A stretch of DNA of 64,000 bases from the human T2T-CHM13v2.0 reference genome, Homo sapiens: the NCBI RefSeq assembly GCF_009914755.1, contig NC_060937.1; one strand, 5' to 3'. The notes under the pieces are model-generated. The model ran no database searches. It was not told where the DNA came from and saw only the letters and a list, made by a program, of their open reading frames with translations. Of this stretch, positions 11,641-27,467 are shown piece by piece (position 1 is the stretch's first letter; the number at the start of each line of letters is the position of its first letter). The translations under genes and the position numbers were made by a program.

Positions 11641-13557
11641 TTTAGCGAGGAAATTAGGATTTTTTTTTTTTTGTCATTTTGTATTTAAACACCTCTGATG
11701 GTTAAATCTCAAAGACAGGTAAATAGGTGCCTAGAATTCTGAAAGAATCTCTCTGTTGCTGGCCAATGGGAACCATGGTTTTATATGAGGGAATTGGGTA
11801 AGACTTAAGGAAGAGTTCTAACAAATACCAGTATTAGGTAGATGATTAGAGAGAGAAAAAGGAATCCACGTGGAAAAAAGAAATAGAGAGATGAAATTAA
11901 AACATCACAAGTTACTGAATGAGCAAATTTTTTATAAGAGACTTGCAAATTTGCCAATGATTTCATGGAGAACTTTTCAGTTTCTAGTTTGGAAATGTTA
12001 ATTTCTATAATTGCATCTTTAATGCAATCTCTCCAGTTTCATATATATCTATTTCTTTAAAAATGTTAATACTTGTGAAAAGAAGTGTTCGTGAGATATA
12101 ATAAGCAATAAATATAGACTTATTTAGAGTTGTTACATAAATAAATAAATAAAGATATAAATAAGTGAATAAAGTTAGTGGCTGTAAGAAATTCACTGGA
12201 TGTGAGAAATATAGTATGCTTTGAAAAGTTATTAGAAAGTTAAAGAAAAGTTTTTGGTATAATGTTATTGTTCTCAGATTATAGTTAAATAACATTTAAT
12301 TCTGCTAACTAGATCTGAAAATAACTTTTGAAGATAAAATTAGTATAAAATTTGGAAGAAAATAAATGTCTCTTATGAATATATAGCTACAGTAGGCAAT
12401 ATTTTAATAAAACACATAAACATGTATTGTTAATATTGTGTATATCTTGGGTGATTCCATCACAATTTTATTTTAATTTATCATTTAGATTGTCTTACAT
12501 AAATACGAGGTATTAATCAGAATCCCTGTACCAGATTATACATTGTTGATGACTTACATTGCATTTTCCTTAAAAGGATTAAAAAGAAAATGACCTATAT
12601 ATGCATTGATCATGGCAATAGTGAAATAACACTCAAATTGTATTTATAGTTTAGAGGAATAGATTAGAGATAAATAGGGGATGCCATTTATTTGCTCATT
12701 TGATGCTTCATGAATTCTCTTAGTACAATTTTTCCCAGGTGTTTTTATGTATATTTAATCAGATGAGGCTAGAGACGGTTTGTTTTTATTACATGGGAGT
12801 ACTCTCAGTGTATTATTACCCCAACTGAGTATCTCAACAAATATTGGACTTCAGAGAAAAAATAGGCATATGAGTTAATTTATTGGGAGAGTCTAGATAG
12901 TTCACTTCTATTATTATTAATAGAAATACACAAGCAAAAATTTTCCCAAGGAAACATATTTTATGATCGCATATATGCCAAACATTGATAGTAAGAACTT
13001 TATATGTATTACATCATTTTTTTCTTAAAAACTCTATGAAGTATTCGTATTCCAATTTTGCCTACACCATAGACTTTCTGATTATAATAGTTTAATCTTT
13101 GCCCTGTATCATGATGAGAGGTGAAAGAGTTTATGGTATATATCATGATAACAGTAATTGTAATTCAATGCTTTGCATTTTAGCACCTTCTTTTGGGAGT
13201 GATTAAAATAAATCAATACAACTAAGAAGAGTATATAAAGAGAAAAACAGAAAAATGAGTCAAGTTAAGTGAACTCCATAATGCCCTGAAAATCTTTTAT
13301 CTTATCTAAAGGGGCCTTATTTTCCTTCTTTGTTTCTATGGTTTATATATTAATATTTAAAAAACAACAAATAAAACATACAGTTGAAAAAACACAGTGA
13401 ATATGGCAGTTTGTCCAATTATATAGAATCGCATTTAATGTATTAATTTCAAGATAGAATAGAATTTTTAAGGTATACATGATATAAAATCAAGAGAAGA
13501 CCTGGAGAAACAGATTATAGAATCAGTTTTCAAGAAAGGCTGTGTCACTGTGGTGGA

Positions 13558-15200
13558 CTTTTTTTTCTTTTTCTTAACAGCAGCTTTATTGAGATATAAG
13601 TCATATAATAAACAATAAACTTATTCAAAGAGTAAAATTATGTTTTTAGTATATCTGTTGTTTAAGCATCAACACATCCAATTTTAAAATATTTTCTTCA
13701 CTACCAAAAGAATATTTACCAATTAGCCGTCATTTTTTTCAACTCCATTCACCAAGCTCTAGCCATCATCAACCACTAATCTACTTTATGTCTCTACAGA
13801 TTTGCATATTCTGGACATTTTATATGAGTGAAACGATACCATATGTGATCTTTTGTGACTACATTCTTTCATTGGTTTTAAGGTTCATCCACGTTGTAAT
13901 ATGTATAGCTACTTTATCACTTGGTTTTTGAAAACAAATATCCTATAGTATGGATATACCACATTTTGCTTATTCATTCATCAGTTGATGTACTTGTGGG
14001 TTGTTCTGATATTTTGTTTATAAGAAATAATGCTTCTGTGAACAGTCGTGTAGAAGTTTTTACTAGGATGTATATATTTCGAATACTCTTGGTATACATC
14101 TAGTGGTTAAATTGCCGCATCATATGGTACTCTTTGTTTACCTTTTGGATAGGTGACCAAACTTTTTCCAAAGCAGCTAAACCCTTTGCTTTTCCCCTAG
14201 CAGTGTATGAAGATTCCAATTTCTCCCCATTCTCATTGAAACTTGTTATTATCTTTCTTTTTTATATTATCCATCTCACAATATAAAGGAGTATGAAGGA
14301 ATGTCTCATTTTGGATTGATTTGCATTTCTCTGATGGCAAATGATGTTGAGCATCTTGCCGTATGCTTACTAGACATTAGTATTATATATTCTTTGGAAA
14401 AATGGCTCTTTAGATCTTTTTCCCTTTCCCTAAATTGGAATTAATTTTTTTTAATTCAATAGACATTTAGTATTCTGGATACTAGTTCTATATCAATATA
14501 TAAATGATTCACACACATAAAAAATCCATTCAGTGCCTTCTTTCCACTTTCTTGATGGTGTTGTATGAAGTAATTTAATTTTTGAATTTTGATGAAGTCC
14601 ACTTTTCCTTTGTTGTTTGCTATTTTGTTGTCATATGTAAAAACCGTTGCCCTCTTCAAGGCCAAAAATCTGTTTTATTCTAGAAGTTTTAGCGTTTTAG
14701 TTCTTACATTTAGGTGTTTGTTTTTCAGTTAATTTTTAGAGATGTTATGAGATAGAGGTCCACCTTCATTCATTTCCATATAGGTATCCATAGCATCATT
14801 TGGTCATAATACTATTTTTTTAATTCAATTGTCTCTGTACCCTTGTTGAAATCAGTTGACCATCAATATAAGGTGTATTTCTTGACTATGAATTACATTC
14901 CATTGATCTATAAGTTTAATCGTGATGGCAATACCACACTCTCTTGAACACTAGCTTTGTAATCATTTTTAAATTAAAAAGCTGCTTCAAATTTGCTCTT
15001 TTCTAAGTCATTATGATTATTCTGTGTTGCTACAATTTCCATACATATTTTAGAATCAGCTTATAAATTTCTGCAAAGATTGATGGGATTTTATATGGAT
15101 TGTGTTGAATCTGTAGATGTATTTGGGAGTGTTACCATTTAAACCATACTGTCTTCTGCTCTATGAACTTATTATGACTTTTCAATTATTTGGATCTTTT
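13558..15200 (-). mobile_element. L1MB-like 3' portion (resumes briefly at about 17003-17070)
   Basis: cagctttattgagatataa...accactaatctactttatgtctctacagatttgc...ctggacatttt...cagtgtatgaagattccaatttctcc...gattgtgttgaatctgtagat. Confidence 0.85.
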
Positions 15201-15204
15201 AGAA

Positions 15205-15491
<287 letters not shown>

Positions 15492-15495
15492 TCAA

Positions 15496-16866
<1,371 letters not shown>

Positions 16867-16877
16867 AGAATTTTTTA

Positions 16878-17002
16878 AATTAAAAAAAATATATTTTAGG
16901 TTCGGGGGTACAGGTGCTGGTTTGTTATATAGGTAAACTTGTGCTACAGGGGTTTGATGTACAGATTATTTCATCATCCAGGTACTAAGTCTGATACCCA
17001 AT
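16878..17002 (-). mobile_element. Short L1PA15/16- or L1PB-like 3' end
   Basis: ttcgggggtacaggtgctggtttgttatataggtaaact...acagattatttcatcatccaggtactaag. Confidence 0.75.
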
Positions 17003-18574
17003 ACATTTCTTTCAACAATTTTGGTTTTCTGATTATAGTTGTATACTCTTTTGGTAAAAATTTATACATATTATGTTATTATTATAACATTAGCCGTCAT
17101 GTTTTACACTATTAGGAAGGTTTCAACTTTAGAAATGCACTAATTTTATACCAAGAGGAAGCTGGATGAGAAATAAAATGACACAATAAAAAACTATTAG
17201 TATTCATGGCTCCAGAAAAACACCATATCTGCTTTGTCCTAAAATGGATGTCCCATGCCCTTTCTAAGTGACCCTGGTTGCAAGTAGATAAAAAGAAGAA
17301 ACAACAGAATTTGCTACAGCATGTTCCCCTCTACATTCCAAATATAACTGAACAATGTGGATTATACCTGAAAGCATAACTGCAAAGGAATTGACAGTAT
17401 GTGAGTTTGCAAAAGTAGGTACATACATAAATATTTTATTCTCTTTTTTGTTTTCTGGTCTCAGCAATAGAAGAAAGCGTATTAGAAGTGTGTTCTTAAG
17501 TTGAAGCATCTAAATAATTAATGAATTCCATCACATTCAAAATAAATATACAAAGAACAGAATAGCAAAGTATGGAATGAAAAATATTAAAGCTTATTAT
17601 ATGTTATAATTGACAGTTTCATATGCCTTTGGTTTGTCTGTGTGAGACTTGAGTTGCTGTGTAAAGTGTTCTGGGTTGTATTTGAAAAGTTTTGAAAAAA
17701 TCTGCACCCATAGAGGAACGAAATAAATGTTGTGTATTAATCTACCATGTTCAACACAGGAAAAAAATGTTGAATAAGATTCATATTTGATAATTTACCT
17801 AAATACTTGTTTTATTCAAGTAAAATTTGCCATATATCTTTCAAAAGCAAACAAAGGGGTTAAAATGTTATTTTTAAGGTGATACACACATATATGATTC
17901 ACAGAGTTTCTGAGAGAGTGCTTGCAAGTGATAAAGAGCTGACATAAATACAGTAATAAAAGTATTGATTTAGAGGAACCGAGATGATAGCATTGGAAGC
18001 TTTTAAAAAAGTCACAGCAATTTACAGGTAAAAACTATACTTACAGTCCATATAAGCTCCCTTAAGTTTAGGGATACTCCAGTTTAAAATAGATTTCCAA
18101 AAAGGAATACTGTAGACAATAGCAAAAGTGCTTATCTGAATCTTATTCTTAACTGGAGTTATTTATCAAATTTTGATGTGCATTTGGTATTATGTCGATT
18201 CTGACCTATTACTGTTAAGTTGAATTAAAATACAACGTTTGATTATATAATTCAATAATCTGAGTATTTTTTTAAATTGTGTTTTACAGTAAAAGCCCCA
18301 ATAAAACTTATGGTGAACTTCAGACAAAGTATTCTCAGCACAACAATATATTTGTTTCAAACCAAGAGATTTTCACAAAGATTATGCAGCAAAATCACCA
18401 AGTAAGATAAGGAATGAAAAGCAACTAAGCTATTGAATAGGAGCATTTTAATTTCTATTCTTTATAACAGTTCACCTTGGCTAAATTTTCTGAAATAAGA
18501 CAGACATGTTATATTGTCATTTTTTTTTCCCCAACAGAGTTCCTTTATATAGTGCTTCTTCTCCTTATTACATG

Positions 18575-18740
18575 AGGCCATAGAGTGTGCTGTTTACTGG
18601 CATAGACACTGAAGCCAGACTTTCTGTTTTCAAAGCCAGCTCAACCTCTCATTACTGTGTAATCTCACTCCTATTACATAACTTGCCTCTGCCCTGCTTT
18701 CTTTAATTTTAGAATTCAGGAAATAATTTTACTTACTTAG
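18575..18740 (+). mobile_element. MIR fragment (resumes about 19855-19910)
   Basis: gacactgaagccagac...ccagctc...ctgtgtaatct...ctctgccctgctttct, later ttgtaagaatt...gagatgatccatat. Confidence 0.5.
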
Positions 18741-19087
18741 TAAAGGGGAAAAAATTTCTGCTGGAATATGAGCTGTGAGGGGAATACTGGTAATTTAATG
18801 GAAACCACAGCTTGCAAAATGAACTACAGGTTTTTTCAGAAAATAGAAAACCTGCACCAACCCAAACTTTGATCAGAGACTTAAGTCCAAGTGAATACCA
18901 TACATAGACCTAAATAAGCATAACTCCACATAGAGTCATGTGTTCTAAATAAGGCTAATTGTTTCAATGACCCTTCAATTTTCCAATTCTGAACAGTGCT
19001 TGCCAACATAATCCTCTAATCTACCTCCCCAAATCCTACAAGTACCCTTCTAAAATTTCTCCCTTTTGAGATGCCCCACAGCTCTAT

Positions 19088-19729
19088 TAAAGTGGCTTCA
19101 TTGTCTGGGGTGATACCTGATGTTTGTTGTGTCACGCCAAGGAAATCCAGGATGTGGACACACAATGAGTGAGGTTAAGAACAGAGGTTTAATAGGCAAA
19201 AGAAAGAGAAGAGCTATCTCCTGCAGAAGGAGGGGTCACGAGCAGGTTTCCACTTCTTCAGGGAAGTGCAAGGAATTTTATATAAGCTTGAGGAAGTGGT
19301 ATCTGATTTACATAGGACATGAAAGATTGCCTGGACCAGGTGTGCCATTTGCATAGGGTGCCAAAAAGTGGTTAGGGCTAGGTGTGCCGTTTGCATAAGG
19401 CACAAAAAGCTGCCCCCTACCCCCTATTCTTTTATTATGCAGATGGGTTCTCTACCTGGCCAATGCCATATTGCCTGTTTCTTTACTGTACACATGGTAA
19501 CAAAGAAAAGGGAAGATGGAGCCTCTATGTTGGACATGCCTGGCTCCCAGGTAGACCTTTTCTGTTGGTGCAGCTGCTGGCATTCCCCCCATGCAAGTTT
19601 TCAGCTTGCTTATCTATGTTTGTAGCTCAAGTTTTCAGGTTGCTCTTTGTTAGGAAAGAAATTATTTTGGGGCTGCTTTTTGTTAAAAGGGAAATTCTGC
19701 CTAAATAATTTTTTCTAACTTCTGTATTA
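19088..19729 (-). mobile_element. ERV1 solo LTR, MER50/LTR9 family, inserted into an older LTR relic (about 18740-19800)
   Basis: aagtggcttcattgtctgggg...ttattatgcagatggg...gggaagatggagcc...ggggctgctttttgttaaaaggg...ctgcctaaataatt...ttctgtatta. Confidence 0.8.
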
Positions 19730-22428
19730 TTAGGGTGTTTATTCTTCCTTTCTAGGGACCACAAGATTGTTCCTATCAATCTTGAGCTAGTAACTCTGTA
19801 TCTCTTCCACACTTTATCTGTAAATGATAGATTTTAATGTTTCCCACATCAGTGGTTATTGTAAGAATTGGTGGAGATGATCCATATAGAAGTCATTCAT
19901 GTTTGAGCACTTTATAAGGATTTGCATTTATTGTTCTCTACTTGCTTATTTGTGTTTTTCTCCATGTATCCTTTTTCAAAAAGCATGCTCTAAAGAACTC
20001 CATGAGAAAAATATACTAACACCTCAGAAAAAAAAAAAAGTATCAGAGTGAGTTAAACCCAATGAGATAATACCAAAAATGCTTAAGTATGTTTTAAAGT
20101 ACTTTAATTATTTCAAAATCCAAATAAACCAGTGATAAAAAACATCTGAAAAATACTTCAACAGATTTGAGCTCTATGCTTTTGTTATTTACATGCCTGC
20201 TCATTGTGCTCTGGAACATTTCTTGGGTATTGATGGGAAATAAAACATTTAGTCAATTCTCCTGTTTCTATGAGTTACTTGATCAAGAGATAGAACCCCT
20301 TAGCTGTTTCAGCAAGTAGATTTCTGACATTTCTGTGGATATAATTAAAACCTACCCTTTCTTCTCTATCTGTACTATTGTATTTAGTTCTTACTTATGT
20401 ATGACACACAAAGTTAACTTTTATATGCATTATATTTTTAAAATGCTCATAACTATTATGAATTTGTAATTATTATGGCTCAGAAAAATTAGTTATGTGT
20501 TCAATATCTATATCAAATAGAGAAACTACAATGGTTTAAAGATGGCTTTTTCATGACTCTCTGTTATGTAGTCTGGAGAGAAAGCAAATCATATATATGC
20601 TTAACAACAACTCTACATGTATCAAGTGCATACTTGACTATGTCATAATGAAGGCCTTTTGCATCAGTAAAGCTGGGAAGAATTTATCTTCTTTCATGTA
20701 AGTTGGTGCTTTCCCTTTATTTGCCCTACTGGTATACTATATACACTTCTTTACCACACAATTAGTAAAGATAGAAATTATGGAGAGCCATTGTAAAAAT
20801 ACATTCAAATTCTTCAAAATGACTCCTTAAGCATAAAAAAAATAGTTTAACATTTGTGGCTTGAGTGTTGCAAATGTTATAGTATTCTTATCTTTTTTTA
20901 AAAGAAATATTTTAAAGTTTCAGCTATTGGCTTTTCTTCTACACAGAAAAAATAGAAGAAATAAAATTAGAACTGCAAATGTAGCTAATTGTTAGAATAG
21001 ACACACACACACACAAATTCAAACACAATAATAGACATACTTGTAAGAAAATAAAATACATATAATGTTCTTAAGGTATTTTACATATGAAACATTATAA
21101 GCAAATACATGGTACCTGGTCATACAGTTTGTTAAAGGCTAATGAAGATACTTATACCACATGGCCAAGGCTTTATAGTAATAACAGGACAACTTTACAA
21201 AAGGATATTTATCTAGTTAATCAGCATTTCAGAACTGTTCCTAAATATGTCATTTTTTTGATCTTCAGAATTTTGTTTCTATAGAGTTTGATTATTCTAA
21301 ATTGTTAGCTACTAAAAGAAAGAGATGGAAAGATGGAAAAGCTTCTTCAGAAGCTTTCTGAAGAGTTGGGAACTTCCAAGTAGACTGAAAACAGAGAACA
21401 AACTATGATAACTAAAAATCTACTCTCACTACCAGACTTTACATTTATTAGAGAAACAAATGGAAAACAGTAAGACACTGACAAAGTCCCTTCACTATCA
21501 GATGAACTTTGAGACTAAAGGGCCAGTGCTCCTCCACTTCCCACCCCTAAAAGGAGAGAATCTTCAAAATTATATAAGTAAGAAATATTAAAGACTTATA
21601 TTGGTCCTAAAGATTAGTAGGAAAAGATCTTTACTTTTATTCAAAAATGAAGCTTTACTGGCAGGAATAACACTTTTTTTGTGCTGGTTACTTCTGGAGT
21701 CAGGGTAACTACTATTAGTTTTAATTCTAGGTTTGCTCATACAACTATTTAAAGTATTTTCAGTATGCTGAAATAAAAAATCCATTGCTAATACAATGTA
21801 GAAAATCCCCAAACAATACCATCTCTTGGAAGTCTGCTATTACAAAGCCTCAAAGGATTTACTAAATTGAAGTGAAAGTAGGAAGGGACAAGTATGAGAA
21901 TATTGTCCCTAATTCCCACTTGGGAGAAAAGATCAACATTTGTGCAAATTGCTCTTTGTAAGGAAGAAACAAATACTTCAAGTCCTCCTTGGTTAAGATA
22001 TGAAAAGAGTTTTATTTTGTTCTCTGGGGATTCTCTCCCAATGGTTAAAAAAAAAATAGGAACCTTAACTGATCTCTTCATCCAAAGTGTTAAAATTGTT
22101 CTCTATATTCATGAAGCCAGATGTTTCATAAGCAGATTTTGGAAAAAGACAGTAGATCTATCTTCCCAAACAACAAACCACTGCCTTATCTAGCATGAAC
22201 AATTATATAAAGTTAATCTTCACAACAACAGCAGCAACAACAATAATAGTAAATATCACTTCTATATATTTTTAAAAGAAAAATGCCTAAATAGAAATTA
22301 GGTTTACAGTGCATTAAATAAATCAAAACAAGCCTGAGTGGTTTTTGTTTTTGTTTTTGTTTTTGTTTTTAAAGTAGTCACATATAATGAGGAGGCATCC
22401 AGGATTACTTTACAAGGAAACACTATGA

Positions 22429-23530
22429 TAGTGGTTCTCAAACTTTTTGGTCTCGTATTACGCTTTTTAAAGTGGAAAATCTCAAAGTCTGTTTTAAAAA
22501 TGTTTTTATATTACTAATATTTACCATAATGTAAATTGAAACAGAGAAACTTCATTTTTTTAACTTAGGCATTTAAGAATAACCATGATAAGCACACTAC
22601 ATGATAATATAAATATAGTATTTTTAAAAAATATTGAAAAACATCAATGATAAAGTGGCATTGTTTTTACAGTTATCCACATTTCTAGTCTCTGTATTAA
22701 GACAGATTCTCAAATCTGTTTCAGCAGACTAAACAAATTCTGTTGTTTTGCTTTATATGTAAATATACAAAGATAATTGCCCTTGAACAGATAGAAATGT
22801 AGTAAATATGTACAAAAAGGAGATTTTAAGCACAGTTCAGATAATTATGGATTATCTGAAATTCAACAATATCAGTATTTGACAAGTGATAGAAAAATTT
22901 CTAAAGAATTACCACATGACATCTTGAAATGTATAAATGAACTTTTCAAAGTCCATTAGATTAAAAACCGTTAGTCAGTCTTGTACTTCAACTGGATCTT
23001 TTATTCATGCATGATTTTGTAACCTCATACTTTGGTCATTTTGAAAATACTGGCTTACCGAATAATGTAGTTCTTTTACATTTTGATATATTTCAACCCT
23101 TAGCACATTAACATTTGTTAATATCAATAATCTCATAACTTGAAGCAAGTATTGGGAAATGTTCGAGCTCACAGTAGCAGATAGCAGTTTTCAAAAAATT
23201 TGAATTTTTGTTTGAAAACAAAACTTTTATCATTGGTAAAAACATGGTGGTTTTCACTGAAATGAGAGATTAATTTTATTCACGTTTAAGAAAAAGTATG
23301 TTAATACCCAAATCTAGATAATCATTGCTTAATTATCAGTGGTTATTTCAAGGAAAAATTACCTCTATGATAAAAGTGAGTTTACCCTAAGATAACCATT
23401 ATACAGCACAAGTGTTTTTTTGCAAAGTATCCATTTCATAACACTGAGTATGAAAAAATGTGTACTCGAGTGTAAAGATTTAATAAAATTAATATACTGC
23501 TTCATCAAAGATATTATTCAGTGAAACTTC
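22429..23530. mobile_element. Charlie1-family hAT DNA transposon fragment
   Basis: Terminus agtggttctcaaactttttggtctc, plus internal motifs ggatcttttattcatgcatgattttgtaac and aaacttttatcattgg. Confidence 0.8.
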
Positions 23531-25307
23531 TGCACTATGCACAAAGTGTTCCAACTGAAAAATGTGAATTTTCTATTAAGGGCAGAGCAAGGGTGGGTGC
23601 AAAGAGCTAATTGTGTAACATTAGTAAACAGAGAACATAGCAGAGGCTGTTTGCAAGGACATTGTAAGGACCATTAATCATATTGAGTAATGTAAGTGTA
23701 GATTTAGTTTTATTGTAGTTTTGAAGAGTTATCTCACTTTTCACCACTAAAACTTCCTTTAAATTATTCTATTTTGGTTGTGTTTAGGAAGCTGCCATCA
23801 GGGATTCCACAAAGTGGATGAGCAAAATGGTTCCAAATTTGTTATCTGCAAAAAACATCTGCTTCAAGGAAAATGATCATTGTCATGAAGCATAGCTGAG
23901 CTTTTATTCTTCTAGTATCAGGAGGCAGTCCCTCTACAGCTCTACAGTGAGGTTTTTCTTTATTTTTTGTTTTGTTTTATTTTTACCAGAGTGTTACAAG
24001 CTTTTTGAAATATTTTGTTCCACAGTGTATTTATAGAGCAAAACTTCTAGACAAATAAATAGAAACAACTTCGTTAGCAAGTACAATACAGAGCAAAACA
24101 GGAAAATCCATATGGATCTAGGTAGAATGTAGAAAAAATACTAAAAAAAAAATCATACCAATGACTGCAAATAGATATTATTTTCCCATGCATTACTTCT
24201 ACCTTTTTGTGCAGGTGCTTTTCCAGATTTGCATTTTCTGAAGCCAGATTGATGCTGCCTTAGTCTCCTCTGCCATTGATTGTGAGTTTCTAGCTGTAAT
24301 TAGCTTAACTTTTTTTGTTCACCATTAACAGTAAAACAATGACTGTCTAAGTAATCTTAGATCATTTTTCCATAAGCAAACACAATAGTAATAATAATAA
24401 TAAGGCAAAAAATATATCTATAAGCATAGAAAACCAAAATACATTGAAATCTTCCCATAGACCCCATAACACCTTTGAGGAGAGGGAAAGAATTTGGTGT
24501 AATAATTCATCTTGCAGAATATTTTTTTCTCCTATGTAGATATGCTTTATAAGTGCTTATGTTAACATAAGCTGAATTAAATGTGATATAGCTTTTTTTC
24601 AGTAGTCTAATGAAATTTTAAAACAAAAAGTAAAATTCAATTTATCTTCATTTCATAAATAATTTGAGATAAGTTTACAGTTGCCAGTTATTTTCATGAT
24701 TGAAATAGTAAAATTTACTGGATCTAGAAGAAAGATATTTAAAGACAAGTTGCCTTTTTTGCAATTTAACCTTCATTAACTAAAACTAAAAAAAAAATTG
24801 AACATTAGAGGCAGATATATGATTGATGTGATAAAAATTACGTTCTGACCCACTATACTTTCATGTGTTCAAAACAGTAATTCATATATAAACTGGCTCC
24901 AGCCTATGACTAGAATAGTGGCCCAAAATTGCATTAAACAAAGGTACTATCACAGAGGTTAAGTGGTCATGATATAATTAACTAAAATCCATTTTGAATG
25001 AAAAAAATTTTGGCTTGAAGAATAAGAACTGTTTTCTAAAATAATATTCAGAAAACATGTATTTTAGGGAAGGTACATGGAATACCAATTAAGTTTACAA
25101 TGTTTACTATCATAGTGCAATATTTTAAATTAAAAAATATGAAAAACAAAATAGCTAACAACATATTTTAGGGACATTTACATAAATACAATTAATAAAT
25201 TTTTTTCAAAAGATAACTATGTTTATTTACCTCAGCACCAGTATAATTAAGAAGTTAAAGATGTAAAATAGCATTAACGCAAAATGAACTTTTTAATAAA
25301 AGTGTAA

Positions 25308-25838
<531 letters not shown>

Positions 25839-26565
25839 TCAGGTGTACTGTAGTATATCATTAAAAATTCCATTCAGAAAATTGAGCAAGCTCGACAACC
25901 AGAATTGTGGGTCAGACTTTGTGACATGTGTTCTCAATGTTCAGGGTGGAGAGCACTATGTGGAAAAAGGAAGCTATGGGAGCTGTACCAATGATACAGG
26001 ATGAGAGAGGTTTGAAAAGATTCAAAAATTTCCAATAGGTACTGACAAAGATTTTTGTATATCGGCATAGAATAAGATCTCAGGCAATCAATGAAGATAT
26101 GAGAATTATATTCCAGGCTTTTTTCTCAGTTAGAAAAAATGTGATTCATCTTTATGAATTAAAAATATATGGTTCAAATATGTATGGAGGAAATCTTCAT
26201 TTCAGGAGGGCCCAGGCAAAAATTTACAATGGTGCCTTTCACCTCTTTGTTCATATAACAAAGCCAATTTGTGTAACCAGTTAAACCAGGTATAAAGCAG
26301 AAAACAACACATTCCTAAGCAACATAGACAAGCTAGCTCGGGCTGTCTGTAAAGAAGTTCTGAACTTCAAGTTGAATGTTTTTTGGAGGTAAGGACAGAT
26401 TTTAGTCCCTACTGCAATAGAGAAAATACTTCAGTGTGAACTAAACTCAACTTTGATTTGTAGAGAGATGAGTGGGTGTTTTAAAGGGAGAATGAGGCAG
26501 TAGGAAGGAGGGATGAGTGGGGACTTAATAAAGTCAGGAAAGTAAAAAAATATATATACAAAAAA

Positions 26566-26818
26566 CCAAACACCGCATATTCTCACTCATAGGTGGGAAT
26601 TGAACAATGAGATCACATGGACACAGGAAGGGGAATATCACACTCTGGGGACTGTTGTGGGGTGGGGGGAGGGGGGAGGGATAGCATTGGGAGATATACC
26701 TAATGCTAGATGACGAGTTAGTGGGTGCAGTGCACCAGCATGACACATGTATACATATGTAACTAACCTGCACAATGTGCACATGTACCCTAAAACTTAA
26801 AGTATAATAAAAAAAATT
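26566..26818 (+). mobile_element. L1PA2-like, very short 5'-truncated 3' end
   Basis: ccaaacaccgcatattctcac...gagatcacatggac...aatatcacac...gatgacgagttag...cttaaagtataat plus poly-A. TSD a(n)(ta)n caaaaaa on both sides. Confidence 0.95.
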
Positions 26819-26893
26819 AAAAAAATATATATATATACAAAAAATGCATGCAAAAAAGAAATTGTTTCATGTGTACCCATATTAGGTTGCTAA

Positions 26894-27186
<293 letters not shown>

Positions 27187-27467
27187 GCTAACTGACACTT
27201 TTTAAAGGTAGGCTCCTACCCTCCTACAGTGACTGGGAGGAAGAGGCCCTATCTTCCATTATTGGCTGAAATAAACGGTAAATTCTTTTGGCAGCCTGTA
27301 GGCAGGAGCTTTAAGTTGACCTAGAGTCATCACAGGGATGTGGATTTGTGCTTTTAGAAATTATGTTAGTGTTGTTTAATTTTTTACAGGCCAAGGTTGA
27401 TATTTAGTTGTAGAAAGCACTCAGAGGGGCTTGACTAGTATGCTGTCAAAAAGAGAATGTTTGTCAG

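Noticed and set aside
17264-17509. Possible exon or ORF with splice-like signals on either strand
   Set aside because: The peptide is not recognisable and I see no convincing acceptor/donor pair.
23770-23960. Acceptor-like tttag followed by a short open frame (EAAIRDSTKW...)
   Set aside because: The frame stops after 35 codons, there is no good donor and no recognisable homology.
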